A DNA stretch of 64,000 nt from a bacterium (GTDB lineage Bacteria > Bacillota_I > Bacilli_A > Izemoplasmatales > UBA1188), in the NCBI GenBank assembly GCA_017960565.1, contig JAGCYY010000009.1:6874-70873 (forward strand), read 5' to 3'. Each line of letters starts with the position of its first letter. Position 1 is the stretch's first letter. Both the position numbers and the translations under genes were made by a program. Below are positions 46,442 through 56,384 of the stretch, one piece after another. The notes beneath the pieces are model-generated. The model was not told the DNA's origin. It made no database searches and was given only the letters and a program-made list of their open reading frames with translations.

Positions 46442-47505
46442 GCTTCACCTCGAAGATCTAAAACTATATCATCTAAATAATCAACTTTGACGACTCTGAT
46501 ATCATCATCAGTAAATTTATATCTTTCATAAGCTTTCATACAATCATCATAATTACCACTTGGGCAATAGAACACACTCGCATTATCTAAATATGCAGCA
46601 TATAGTTTTTGTTCAACACAACCGATATTTCCAACTTTAGAAAATGATTCAACATTGCCAAATTCATCTAAAGAATAAGAAATTGTACCAGTTCCAGCTA
46701 TCTTTCTTCCTTTAAGGATATCTTCATCTTCTAACATAAGATAGATATAAAGAGCGTGCATTGCCCCACCTGATGGCCCTGTAGTATTGACATTTGAAAC
46801 ATTGATATAACTTTCAACATTTAATATAAATGAAGTCATCACCGTTATTCCAAAGATATTATTTCCATCTTTTTCATATTTAGTTATATTTAGTTCTTTA
46901 TTATTGTCATCTTTATCTTTAAGATAGATGATTGCGGTTTCACCTAATTCTTTTTCTCTTAAATATGAAGTAATTTCACTTATTTTTGGATATGAATCTT
47001 TGTTTTCTTCATAACCAGTGATAAGAGAACCTACTAAATCAGTATATTTTATATTAGAATTGATATCTTTATTTGCTGAATAAATATATGTGACTTGTCT
47101 ATAGAAATCTTCACCTTCTTCTCTAAGCTTTAAGCTATATGCAGCAAGTTCAGCATTAGAAAATGATTGATTTGAATCAAATCTTCCAATTGCATAATCA
47201 AGCGAACTATCATAAGAAGTTATTTCTTCTTTAGTCATCTTATAAGTATCTGCATAAGGTAAATCTTTTGAAAGTAAATAAGAAAATAGAGTTGGTCTTA
47301 CAAATGACATAACATAGACAGACGAAACACTACCATTAAGTTCTTTATCATTATCTTGAATGGCAATTTCCCCTTTAACATCTACTAGGTTTCCAGGCAT
47401 ATATAGATAATAATCAACTTTTATAAGACAAGTGATTATAATCATAAAATAAATTGATGAAAAACGCCAAAACCATTTTCCAAATACTTTAAAAAAATCT
47501 TTCAT
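46438..47505 (-). CDS. membrane-anchored Lon-like (S16) peptidase domain protein, YlbL-like
   Basis: N-terminal TM helix. C-terminal TTGPSGGAMHALYIY...KIAGTGTI...VGNIGCVEQKLYAA resembles the Lon proteolytic domain (Ser in GPSGG, Lys in EQK). Confidence 0.6.
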   Translation of the reverse strand: MKDFFKVFGKWFWRFSSIYFMIIITCLIKVDYYLYMPGNLVDVKGEIAIQDNDKELNGSVSSVYVMSFVRPTLFSYLLSKDLPYADTYKMTKEEITSYDSSLDYAIGRFDSNQSFSNAELAAYSLKLREEGEDFYRQVTYIYSANKDINSNIKYTDLVGSLITGYEENKDSYPKISEITSYLREKELGETAIIYLKDKDDNNKELNITKYEKDGNNIFGITVMTSFILNVESYINVSNVNTTGPSGGAMHALYIYLMLEDEDILKGRKIAGTGTISYSLDEFGNVESFSKVGNIGCVEQKLYAAYLDNASVFYCPSGNYDDCMKAYERYKFTDDDIRVVKVDYLDDIVLDLRGEA

Positions 47506-47506
47506 A

Positions 47507-47974
47507 TTATTTTACTTCGATACTAATTTCTTCCATTTGTCTAGTCTTAATATGAGCAAGTTCAAGAAGTCTTCTAGATGCGACTGTTTCATCTGAATCG
47601 TGATGAATATCATGAAGATATACAATTTCTTTAATTCCTGATTGAATAATTAATTTAGCACATTCATTACATGGAAATAAAGAAACATATAGAATCGCTC
47701 CTTTAAGATCTCTAGTCGAATTTAATATTGCGTTTGATTCAGCATGAACAACGTAAGGATATTTAGTGTTTAGATAATTTCCAGTTCTATCCCAAGGTAG
47801 TAAATCATCATCTATAACCATCGGTACACCATTATAGCCAATTCCAACGATTCTTTTATCTTGATTTACAATGCAACATCCAACTTGTGTATTAGGATCT
47901 TTGCTTCTTTTGGCAGATAATAATGCCACACCCATAAAATATTTATCCCAAGAGATATAGTCGTTTCTTTTCAT
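47507..47974 (-). CDS. comEB: dCMP deaminase (ComEB type)
   Basis: HAESNAI and PCNECAKLI zinc-binding motifs. Confidence 0.9.
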   Translation of the reverse strand: MKRNDYISWDKYFMGVALLSAKRSKDPNTQVGCCIVNQDKRIVGIGYNGVPMVIDDDLLPWDRTGNYLNTKYPYVVHAESNAILNSTRDLKGAILYVSLFPCNECAKLIIQSGIKEIVYLHDIHHDSDETVASRRLLELAHIKTRQMEEISIEVK

Positions 47975-48039
47975 TTTTAATTCCTCTTTATTAATATAAA
48001 TTACATAATTATTCTATCATAAAACTGATAGAATAAAAT

Positions 48040-48063
48040 AAAAAGCACTAAAAAGTGCTTTTT
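48040..48063. terminator. intrinsic terminator after the lipoprotein pair (bidirectional shape)
   Basis: AAAAAGCACT-aaaa-AGTGCTTTTT. Confidence 0.65.
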
Positions 48064-48077
48064 ATTTTATTTGTTTA

Positions 48078-48566
48078 TTATTTTAATAAGCCAAGAAAAT
48101 CTACTAAATCTTCCATTTTAACTGATAATTCACCAGCTAAAGTCTCAGTTTTTTCAGTTCCATCTTCATTTAAATATGTTAAAACTGGATATAATCTGAT
48201 TCTCTTATTGTTAGAAATTTTTTCGTTATTATCACCATCTATAGTTAGATTTGTAGGTGTAGTTAATAAGAATTTATTATCTTCTTTTGTGAAATTAACA
48301 TTGAATGAACCAAGCATAACTCTATTTTCTTTGTATGAGTATTTAGTTGTATCATATTCAATTTCAAATCCAATAAGCTTGTTGTCTTTGACTAATACAT
48401 ATACTTTATTTGTATCAAATTTAGTTATATCTAGACATTCTACTTTATATTCAGTTCCTTCATGAGATGCGATTTTAAATGATGTATTTTCTGCTTCTTC
48501 TCCTTTACATCCTGTAAGTGAGAAAGATAGTGCAAAGATAGCTAATAAAACTAATAATTTTTTCAT
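48078..48566 (-). CDS. lipoprotein, unknown function
   Basis: Signal peptide plus lipobox LTGC. 162 aa. No family recognised. Confidence 0.6.
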   Translation of the reverse strand: MKKLLVLLAIFALSFSLTGCKGEEAENTSFKIASHEGTEYKVECLDITKFDTNKVYVLVKDNKLIGFEIEYDTTKYSYKENRVMLGSFNVNFTKEDNKFLLTTPTNLTIDGDNNEKISNNKRIRLYPVLTYLNEDGTEKTETLAGELSVKMEDLVDFLGLLK

Positions 48567-48580
48567 AGGTTTACTCCTTA

Positions 48581-49750
48581 TTATTTAAATGTTGGTTCAG
48601 TGTATTTATAATTGTTGTATTCTACTGAAATCTTGATTTTAATAGAACTATATTGGTTAGTAGATAATTGAGATATTTCATCTAAAACATCAAATCCATC
48701 AATTACACCAGCGATTACAGTTGATTTAGTATCATATGATGATGATAAATCTGTAAGGTTGATTTGGAATTGTTGAGTTGGATCACTATTATCATCAAGA
48801 TATCTTATCGCGAGAGTACCTCTCTTATTTGAAGGTGTATTTGCAAGAACTTGTTTAGCAACAATCTGTTTAGAGATTGGTTCTTTTTGGTCGCCTATCA
48901 TAACGATATTTGCGGTCGAACTATCGATAGATGCTCTATTATAGAATCCTTTCTTATATAAATATAAGAAATAATTTAAAGCATTCTTTTCTAAATTAGT
49001 TTCAAGATTTAATGATTCAAATTTTACTGTTCCATAATCGCCAAATTTGACATTTATATAGACAGCATCTGGAGCTTTAGTACCATCTGATTCATTGAAA
49101 TAATCATAATATGATTTATCATATGATGTTTCTTTAGGAAAATCAGCAATTTTAGTTGAGTTGTAATCTGCGAATTCACATACAACATCTAATGTTGCAG
49201 AATCATAAGGGAATTCACATTCGATTTTAGTGATTTTTGATTTTTCAATAGTTACATTTGCTTTAGTGCATTTGATTAGATTATATTTATAAGCATTTGC
49301 AAGATTGATTGTCTGATCTGATAAAATTATTCCATCAACCATATAAGCGATGATAGAATTATTTTCAAGATTAATTAATTCGCCATTTTTAATATCGCTA
49401 TTATTTAAAGCAATTAAGAGTTTTTCTAGTTTATCTGGTTGATAAGATGTATCAACTAATGAAATAGCACTATAGCCACTTTCTTCTTCAAATTCTACTT
49501 CTTTCTGAGTATATTTAAATACTTTTGAATTATAAATAGCATAGTAATATGTTTCATCATCATTTGATTTTTTTAAACTATATTTCTTTCCATCTTTTTT
49601 GAGAACTGTTTCATAATCACTAGCATTTGATGAAATTTTTAGTGTGTAATTATCAAACGTTTCAGGTTTTACAAGCGATTTATTAGAACATGCAGCAAGA
49701 GTTAAAGTAGCTATTAATAACATCGCTATAAAGATTAAATATTTTTTCAT
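48581..49750 (-). CDS. lipoprotein with C-terminal degenerate cyclophilin-like domain
   Basis: Lipobox LAAC. The C-terminal ~150 aa are collinear with cyclophilin PPIases (NALNYFLYLYKKGFYN..., GTLAI..., QFQIN..., VIAGVIDGFDVLDEIS), but the FHRVI Arg/Phe positions are not conserved. Confidence 0.5.
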   Translation of the reverse strand: MKKYLIFIAMLLIATLTLAACSNKSLVKPETFDNYTLKISSNASDYETVLKKDGKKYSLKKSNDDETYYYAIYNSKVFKYTQKEVEFEEESGYSAISLVDTSYQPDKLEKLLIALNNSDIKNGELINLENNSIIAYMVDGIILSDQTINLANAYKYNLIKCTKANVTIEKSKITKIECEFPYDSATLDVVCEFADYNSTKIADFPKETSYDKSYYDYFNESDGTKAPDAVYINVKFGDYGTVKFESLNLETNLEKNALNYFLYLYKKGFYNRASIDSSTANIVMIGDQKEPISKQIVAKQVLANTPSNKRGTLAIRYLDDNSDPTQQFQINLTDLSSSYDTKSTVIAGVIDGFDVLDEISQLSTNQYSSIKIKISVEYNNYKYTEPTFK

Positions 49751-49821
49751 ATTTTTTCCTCACAAATAAAATTATAAAATTCTATTGTTAATTATATCAT
49801 AATTAAAAAATAATACAATTA

Positions 49822-51528
49822 TTATTTTCTGACCATAATCCCAAGTTCACTAAGCTGACTATCATCAACTTCTGATGGACAATCGAGCATTAAGTCTTGA
49901 GCAGTTGTAGTTTTTGGGAAGAGAATAACATCACGAATGTTTTCTGTGTTAGTAAGTACCATCATGAGTCTTTCAAGTCCGAAGGCAGCGCCACCATGAG
50001 GAGGGAATCCATAATTCATCGCATCTAATAGATAACCAAATTTAGATTTTTGTTGATCAGAAGAGATATTTAAGATTTCAAAAATCTGTTTTTGAATTTC
50101 ATTATCATAGATTCTAAGTGATCCGCCACCAAGTTCATATCCAAAAGCTACCATATCATAAGCATAAGAATATACTTTTAAAGGATCAGTCTTTAAGAAT
50201 TTTTCATGTTCTTTTAAAGGACGAGTGAAAGGGTGGTGAGTTGATGAGATTGAGCCATCATCTGCAAGTTCAAAAAGCGGGAATTCGATGATCCATTTGA
50301 AATCGTATAGATTTTTATCAATTAGATCTAAATCACGGGCAACTTTTAATCTTAATGATCCCATTGCTTCGCTTGATTTTAGATATGTATCATGAGATGT
50401 TAAGAAATATATTTCGTTGTTATCTAAAGATAAATTATTTAATATTTCTTCATTTAATAATTTTATGATAGAACCACTATATTCATTATTTGTTTTCTTT
50501 ATAAATAATAAATTTTGACCACCATGTTTTTTGATATATTCAGTTAATTCATCAATTTTCTTTCTAGTATAATATTGATTTTCATCTTTTACTTTAATAC
50601 CTGTGATGAATTTATTATTGAATAAAGGTGAATCAACATTAGAGAATAAATTTTCTAAATGATTGAGTTTAAGTTCAAATCTAGTATCTGGTTTATCACT
50701 ACCATAATCCCTAATTGCATCATCATATTTCATCTTAGGGAATGGGTTTGGTAAATCTACATTTAAAATTTCTTTAAATATTTTACGATACATTCCTTCA
50801 AGAAGAGATAATAGTTCATCTTGAGTTAAAAATGATGTTTCAATATCGATTTGAGTGAATTCTGGTTGTCTATCAGCTCTTAAATCTTCATCTCTAAAAC
50901 ATTTAGCAATCTGATAATATCTATCCATTCCAGCAACCATCAATAATTGTTTTAAGATTTGAGGTGATTGAGGGAGTGCATAAAATTCACCTTTAAATAT
51001 TCTTGATGGGACAAGATAGTCTCTTGCGCCTTCTGGTGTACTCTTACAAAGAACTGGAGTTTCACATTCCACAAATCTATTGTTGTTTAGATATTCTCTT
51101 ACAATTGATAATACTTTCGATTTTGTCTTGAAAATATGTTGAAATTCTTCTCTTCTTAAATCGAGATAACGATATTTAAGTCTAATTTCATCATTAGAGT
51201 TCTTATCGATTGGAAGTGGATCAGATTTAGATAATAATTTAACATTTGTTGCATCTACTTCTATCTCGCCTGTAGGTATTTTAAGGTTAGGACTTTCTCT
51301 TAAGATTACTTTTCCTTCTACTTCGATGACAGATTCATTAGTTATTGATTCAACGAATGAAAAGAAATCTTTTTCTGGTCTTACAACAACTTGAACGATA
51401 CCTGATGTATCTCTTAAATCTATAAATATTAAACCACCAAGTTTTCTAATTCTATTAACCCAGCCAAATAATGTCACATTTTGATTGACATTAGCTTTAG
51501 TGATTTCACCGTTATAATTAGTTCTCAT
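49822..51528 (-). CDS. aspS: aspartyl-tRNA synthetase
   Basis: Class II motifs FRDEDLRADRQPEFTQ and GGAAFGLERL; OB anticodon-binding N-terminus. I prefer the ATG at 51528 (MRTNYNGE; AAGGAG 9 nt upstream) over the track start at 51546. Confidence 0.95.
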   Translation of the reverse strand: MRTNYNGEITKANVNQNVTLFGWVNRIRKLGGLIFIDLRDTSGIVQVVVRPEKDFFSFVESITNESVIEVEGKVILRESPNLKIPTGEIEVDATNVKLLSKSDPLPIDKNSNDEIRLKYRYLDLRREEFQHIFKTKSKVLSIVREYLNNNRFVECETPVLCKSTPEGARDYLVPSRIFKGEFYALPQSPQILKQLLMVAGMDRYYQIAKCFRDEDLRADRQPEFTQIDIETSFLTQDELLSLLEGMYRKIFKEILNVDLPNPFPKMKYDDAIRDYGSDKPDTRFELKLNHLENLFSNVDSPLFNNKFITGIKVKDENQYYTRKKIDELTEYIKKHGGQNLLFIKKTNNEYSGSIIKLLNEEILNNLSLDNNEIYFLTSHDTYLKSSEAMGSLRLKVARDLDLIDKNLYDFKWIIEFPLFELADDGSISSTHHPFTRPLKEHEKFLKTDPLKVYSYAYDMVAFGYELGGGSLRIYDNEIQKQIFEILNISSDQQKSKFGYLLDAMNYGFPPHGGAAFGLERLMMVLTNTENIRDVILFPKTTTAQDLMLDCPSEVDDSQLSELGIMVRK

Positions 51529-52828
51529 TACCACAATCTCCTTCACAATTTTCGCAAGATTTATTGCTACATCTTAATCTTTTAATCATATAGTCCATTA
51601 AATCTTCTTCACTAATTATTTCTTCTGTATTTTGTATTTTGTCTTTAATTTTTATTGAATGAGTTGCTAATTCTTCATCGCCTTGAATTAGTATGAATCT
51701 CACATTGTTATTTTCGCTTGATTTGAAGTGCCCTTTTAGGCTATTTGCTTCATAATTCATATCACATGAAAAACCAGATACTCTTAAAATCTGCATCAAT
51801 TTGATCATGTTGATTTTGGCATTTAAGCCGATTGGAATAAGCTGGCAGAATAATTTATGTGAATAATCAACTCTTTCGTCGATTATTTCCATAAGTCTTT
51901 CTAGTCCAAACGCAAAGCCGATAGAACCAAGTTCTGGCCCATCTAAATCTTTCGTGAGCTTATTGTATCTTCCACCAGCACAAATTGTACCTGATTGTCC
52001 TAATGTATTATCTTTTAAAACAAATTCAAATATTGTATTAGTATAATAATCTAGTCCTCTTACTAATTGTTCATCGATTACATATGGAATCTTTAGGGTA
52101 TCTAGATAGCTTTTAACGAGCTCAAATTCTGCTTTAGAATTATCTGATAAATAATCGGAAATCTTAGGCGCATTAAGAAGAACTTCGTTGTCTTTGTCAG
52201 CTTTACAATCTAAGATTCGAAGTGGATTAGTCTCATATCTTCTTTTGCAGTCAGCACATAATGAATCAAGTTTATCTTTAAAATATTCTTTTAAAGCATT
52301 TCTATAATTAGTTCTAGATTCATCATCACCTAGTGTATTTAATCTTACATAATAATTATTAATTCTTAATGAATTAAAGATAGTTGATGCAAGAGTTATT
52401 ACTTCAGCATCCATATATGGAGAATTTGTCCCTACAACTTCTACACCAAACTGTCTAAATTCACGGAATCTTCCTTTTTGTGGACGCTCATATCTAAACA
52501 TATCTCCATAATAGAATAGTTTTAATGGAAGAGGATAGTTTGCATACATTTTATTTTCGATAATCGCTCTTATTACTGGTGCAGTTCCTTCAGGTCTTAG
52601 TGTCATAGGTCTATCACCACGATCAATAAAATCATATGTCTCTTTAGAAACTATATCACTAGATTCTCCTGTAGACCTATGAATTAAATCAGAGCTTGCA
52701 AGAATAGGAACACGAATTTCTTGATATCCATATAGACTTGCGACTTCTTTTAAATAATTTTCAATATGGCTTAACTTCTTAGCATCCTTTGGAAGTAAAT
52801 CATATGTGCCTTTTACTTTTGTAAACAT
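51518..52828 (-). CDS. hisS: histidyl-tRNA synthetase with short Cys-rich C-terminal tail
   Basis: GTYDLLP, LRPEGTAP, FRYERPQKGRFREF, CAGGRYN and GFAFGLERL motifs. The tail is CSNKSCENCEGDC. Confidence 0.95.
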   Translation of the reverse strand: MFTKVKGTYDLLPKDAKKLSHIENYLKEVASLYGYQEIRVPILASSDLIHRSTGESSDIVSKETYDFIDRGDRPMTLRPEGTAPVIRAIIENKMYANYPLPLKLFYYGDMFRYERPQKGRFREFRQFGVEVVGTNSPYMDAEVITLASTIFNSLRINNYYVRLNTLGDDESRTNYRNALKEYFKDKLDSLCADCKRRYETNPLRILDCKADKDNEVLLNAPKISDYLSDNSKAEFELVKSYLDTLKIPYVIDEQLVRGLDYYTNTIFEFVLKDNTLGQSGTICAGGRYNKLTKDLDGPELGSIGFAFGLERLMEIIDERVDYSHKLFCQLIPIGLNAKINMIKLMQILRVSGFSCDMNYEANSLKGHFKSSENNNVRFILIQGDEELATHSIKIKDKIQNTEEIISEEDLMDYMIKRLRCSNKSCENCEGDCGNEN

Positions 52829-52844
52829 AAATCCTCCTTTATTT

Positions 52845-52875
52845 CAAAAAATAAGCCCATATAAATGGGCTTTTT
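52845..52875 (-). terminator. intrinsic terminator between acpP and hisS
   Basis: Minus-strand transcript: AAGCCCAT-uuau-AUGGGCUU followed by AUUUUUU. Ends about 5 nt before the hisS RBS AAAGGAGG. Confidence 0.6.
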
Positions 52876-52890
52876 CTAATTTAATATATT

Positions 52891-53130
52891 TTACTGATGA
52901 GCTTCAACGTAATCGACAATTTGTTTAACTGTCTTTAAATCCATTGATTCTTCATCAGAAATTGAAAGTCCAAATGTTTCTTCAAGTGCACAAACTAATT
53001 CAATTGCGTCTAATGAATCAGCACCTAGATCACTTTCAAATGAAGCGTCGATAGTTACTTTTTCTGGTTCAACTTGTAATTCTTTTACAATTAATTCTTT
53101 AATAGTTTCAAATATTTGACTTCTTTCCAT
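52891..53130 (-). CDS. acpP: acyl carrier protein
   Basis: 79 aa. Phosphopantetheine site LGADSLDAIELV. Confidence 0.85.
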   Translation of the reverse strand: MERSQIFETIKELIVKELQVEPEKVTIDASFESDLGADSLDAIELVCALEETFGLSISDEESMDLKTVKQIVDYVEAHQ

Positions 53131-53193
53131 AAAAAACTCCTTTATAGTCTTTTGATATTAATAATTATATATTAATTATTATTTTTAATCAAG

Positions 53194-53628
53194 TTAAATA
53201 TCAAGTATTATCGATACAGGTCCATCGTTAATAGCGCTTATTTCCATATCGGCACCAAATTCACCAGTTTTTATTTTTAGAATCTTTTTGGCATTTTCTA
53301 TAAATAAATTATAGAGTTCTATCGATTTATTATATGTGAGACTTCTAGAAAATGATGGTCTATTACCACTTAAGGCGTCTGCATAGAGGCTAAAAGATGA
53401 AATTATTAATATTTCACCATTTATATCTTCTATCGAAAGATTCATTTTATGATTATCATCTTCAAAGATTCTTAATTTAGATAATTTATAGACAGCTTTA
53501 TTGATTTTATTTATATCATCGCCTTCTTCAAAACAAACATATGTGAGAAAACCTTTTGAAATGGATGATTTGACAATATTATCAATTTTGCAAGATGCTT
53601 CTTTAACCCTTTCTATAAGAAGTCTCAT
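53194..53628 (-). CDS. dtd: D-aminoacyl-tRNA deacylase
   Basis: 144 aa. MRLLIERV...; SFSLYADA ... GNRPSF; NDGPVSIILD. Confidence 0.9.
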   Translation of the reverse strand: MRLLIERVKEASCKIDNIVKSSISKGFLTYVCFEEGDDINKINKAVYKLSKLRIFEDDNHKMNLSIEDINGEILIISSFSLYADALSGNRPSFSRSLTYNKSIELYNLFIENAKKILKIKTGEFGADMEISAINDGPVSIILDI

Positions 53629-53630
53629 AA

Positions 53631-55814
53631 TTAATGTCTTACCCTTTCAATAGAATATACACCTTTAATTTTTTCGAGGTTAGATATCATTAAATCTAAA
53701 GTTGATTTATTGCTTACTTGAACGGTGATATTGATGTATACTTCGGATATATCTGTGGCTTTCGCAGATACTCTTACAACTTTAGTGTCATAAGCGATAC
53801 AAGTGTTTAATATATCGGCTAAAATTGCATCTCTATTATATACTAAAAGTTTTAGATCGACTTGGAATTTCTTTTCAACTTGACTAGCCCAATAGACATT
53901 TATGAGACGGTTTTGGTCGAGTTTTTGGCAGTTTCTACAATCGAGTCTGTGAACTGCGATTCCAACACCTTTAGTAATATAACCAACTATTTCATCACCT
54001 GGAATTGGTGAACAACAATGTGCGAGTTTTACGCTTGGATAATCGAGTCCTTCTACAATTATGTCGACATCTTCATGATATACTTGATTCTTATTTCTTT
54101 TGTTGATTAATTCAATAAGTCTTTCGTTGGTTGTGGTTTCTTCTTGTTCAATCAAAGAATTCACAAGAGCTTGAGCACTATAGACACCTTTACCACATAA
54201 ATAATATAGATCTTCTGTATTTTTGATTTGACGTTCTTGAGGAATTCTCTTTTGAATTAAATCATCGGTGATATCAAGCTGAAGTTTACGTGATTTAATT
54301 TCATCATTAATTGATGATTTACCTTGTTCAATTAAAAGTGATCTATTTTTATTATTTAAGAATTGTTTAATCTTGCTTCTAGCTCCTGATGTTTTCGCAA
54401 CTTTTAACCAGTTCTCATTTGGGCCATATGCTGATGGAGATGTTCTTATTTCACAAACATCACCTGTTTTAAATTGATAATCGATTGGTACAATCTTACT
54501 GTTTACTATAGCACCTGTAAATGTATCTCCAATTCTTGTATGAATTCTATAGGCAAAATCGAGTGGTGTAGAACCTTCCGGAAGGGAAATAACTTGGTTT
54601 TTAGGTGTGAATACATAAACATTCGCTTTGAGTACATCTTCATCAAATAAAGTTGTGATTTCATTCTTTTCTTTTTGATCTTCACCTGTTATCTTCACTA
54701 AATCACTATACCAATGAAGTTTAGATGCGGTTGCTTCATAGAAGTTCTTTTTAACCTTAACTCCTTCTTTATATGCCCAGTGCGCTGCGATACCCTTTTC
54801 AGCTATCTCATCCATTTCTTTTGTCCTGATTTGGATTTCATAGATTTTGGCATCATTTAGTACTGTTGTATGAAGCGATTGATACATATTAGGTTTAGGC
54901 ACAGCAATATAATCTTTAAATCTTGATGGAACTGGACTATATTTTGAATGAACTATACCCACCACTTTATAGCAATCCATTATGCTTCCAACGATGATTC
55001 TTAAGGCTTGAAGATCATATATATTTTCAAAGGCAATTCCTTTGTTTTTCATCTTGTTGTAGATTGAAAAGATGTTTTTAGCTCTTCCAGATATTTCACA
55101 ATTTATTTTTTCATTTTTTAAAAGCGTTCTTAAATCATCAATCATTTTTTCAATATCTTTTTCACGTGATTTTTTGGTATATTTAATCTTTTTTGATATT
55201 TCAAAATAATCTTCTGGATAAAGATATTTAAATGCTAGATCCTCAAGTTCTGCTTTAATATGATACATACCAAGTTTATGAGCTATAGGTGTATAGATAT
55301 CAAGGGTCTCCTGGGAAATTCTAATCTGTTTCTCCATTGGAAGATATTTTAAAGTATTCATATTGTTTAATCTATCAGAAAGCTTTATCCAAATAACTCT
55401 TATGTCCTTAGACATACTAATAAGCATCTTTTGAAAATTAGAAACATATTCATTTTCATCATTGTTTAATTTGTTTTCTTGATTATATGATATTTTTTGA
55501 ATCTTTGTTAGTCCTTCTACTAAATTTGCGACTTGTGGTCCAAAATTATCTAATATATCTTTATATGAATATTTTGTATCTTCTATAACATCGTGTAGTA
55601 GTGCAGCGATGATAGTCGTTGGATCTGCATTATATGTACAAAGAGTTTTCGCAACAGCGACAGGATGAATTATATATGGTTCACCTGAAGCTCGTTTTTG
55701 TGATTCATGAGCGTGATATGCAAAAACAAACGCATTTTTAATAGCGTTTATAGTGGATGGATCTTTAATATATGAACTGAAGGCCTCTTCTAAAGGCTTA
55801 AAATATTCATCCAT
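53631..55814 (-). CDS. relA: bifunctional (p)ppGpp synthetase/hydrolase Rel
   Basis: 727 aa. HD domain (HPVAVA, LHDVIEDT), synthetase domain (YQSLHTTV, EIQIRT), and TGS and ACT-like C-terminal domains. Confidence 0.95.
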   Translation of the reverse strand: MDEYFKPLEEAFSSYIKDPSTINAIKNAFVFAYHAHESQKRASGEPYIIHPVAVAKTLCTYNADPTTIIAALLHDVIEDTKYSYKDILDNFGPQVANLVEGLTKIQKISYNQENKLNNDENEYVSNFQKMLISMSKDIRVIWIKLSDRLNNMNTLKYLPMEKQIRISQETLDIYTPIAHKLGMYHIKAELEDLAFKYLYPEDYFEISKKIKYTKKSREKDIEKMIDDLRTLLKNEKINCEISGRAKNIFSIYNKMKNKGIAFENIYDLQALRIIVGSIMDCYKVVGIVHSKYSPVPSRFKDYIAVPKPNMYQSLHTTVLNDAKIYEIQIRTKEMDEIAEKGIAAHWAYKEGVKVKKNFYEATASKLHWYSDLVKITGEDQKEKNEITTLFDEDVLKANVYVFTPKNQVISLPEGSTPLDFAYRIHTRIGDTFTGAIVNSKIVPIDYQFKTGDVCEIRTSPSAYGPNENWLKVAKTSGARSKIKQFLNNKNRSLLIEQGKSSINDEIKSRKLQLDITDDLIQKRIPQERQIKNTEDLYYLCGKGVYSAQALVNSLIEQEETTTNERLIELINKRNKNQVYHEDVDIIVEGLDYPSVKLAHCCSPIPGDEIVGYITKGVGIAVHRLDCRNCQKLDQNRLINVYWASQVEKKFQVDLKLLVYNRDAILADILNTCIAYDTKVVRVSAKATDISEVYINITVQVSNKSTLDLMISNLEKIKGVYSIERVRH

Positions 55815-55855
55815 TTTGCATTCCTTTCATAATCTATATATATTATATATAAGTA

Positions 55856-56374
55856 TTATATATCGTATTTAACTAAAGATAAGAATGGGATATTTCCAAT
55901 CTTTTCTGTTCCTTTAAGTTCTGTAAGTTCGATAACAGATGCAACCCCAACAACTTCAGCACCTAATTTTTCTGCAAGATTAATTGATGCAACAATAGTT
56001 CCTCCAGTTGCCATAAGATCATCTACAATTAATACTTTATCGCCTTTCTTGAAAGCATCTTTGTTGATTTCAAGAGTGTTTGTTCCATACTCAAGAGCGT
56101 ATTCACAAGAGATAGTATCTCTTGGGAGTTTTCCTGGTTTTCTAACTGGTACAAAGCTTGTGTTTAAGGCATATGCGACTGCAGAGCCAAAAATAAATCC
56201 TCTAGCATCCGGCCCCATTACAACATTTGCACCAACTTCTTTTCCAAAATTGCATAGTCTGTCGATGCATTCTTTAAAAGCATCTTTGTTTTGAAGGAGA
56301 GTTGTGATATCTTTGAATTGAATTCCTTCTTTTGGAAAATTTGGAACGTTTGCGATATAGTTTTCTAGTTTCAT
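55856..56374 (-). CDS. apt: adenine phosphoribosyltransferase
   Basis: PRPP motif VLIVDDLMATGGT. 172 aa. Confidence 0.95.
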   Translation of the reverse strand: MKLENYIANVPNFPKEGIQFKDITTLLQNKDAFKECIDRLCNFGKEVGANVVMGPDARGFIFGSAVAYALNTSFVPVRKPGKLPRDTISCEYALEYGTNTLEINKDAFKKGDKVLIVDDLMATGGTIVASINLAEKLGAEVVGVASVIELTELKGTEKIGNIPFLSLVKYDI

Positions 56375-56384
56375 ATTATTACCT

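Noticed and set aside
48012-48033. 8-bp hairpin TTCTATCA-taaaac-TGATAGAA upstream of comEB
   Set aside because: It is not followed by a U-run on either strand and no known motif is recognised. It could be incidental, and the real terminator is the adjacent hairpin at 48040-48063.
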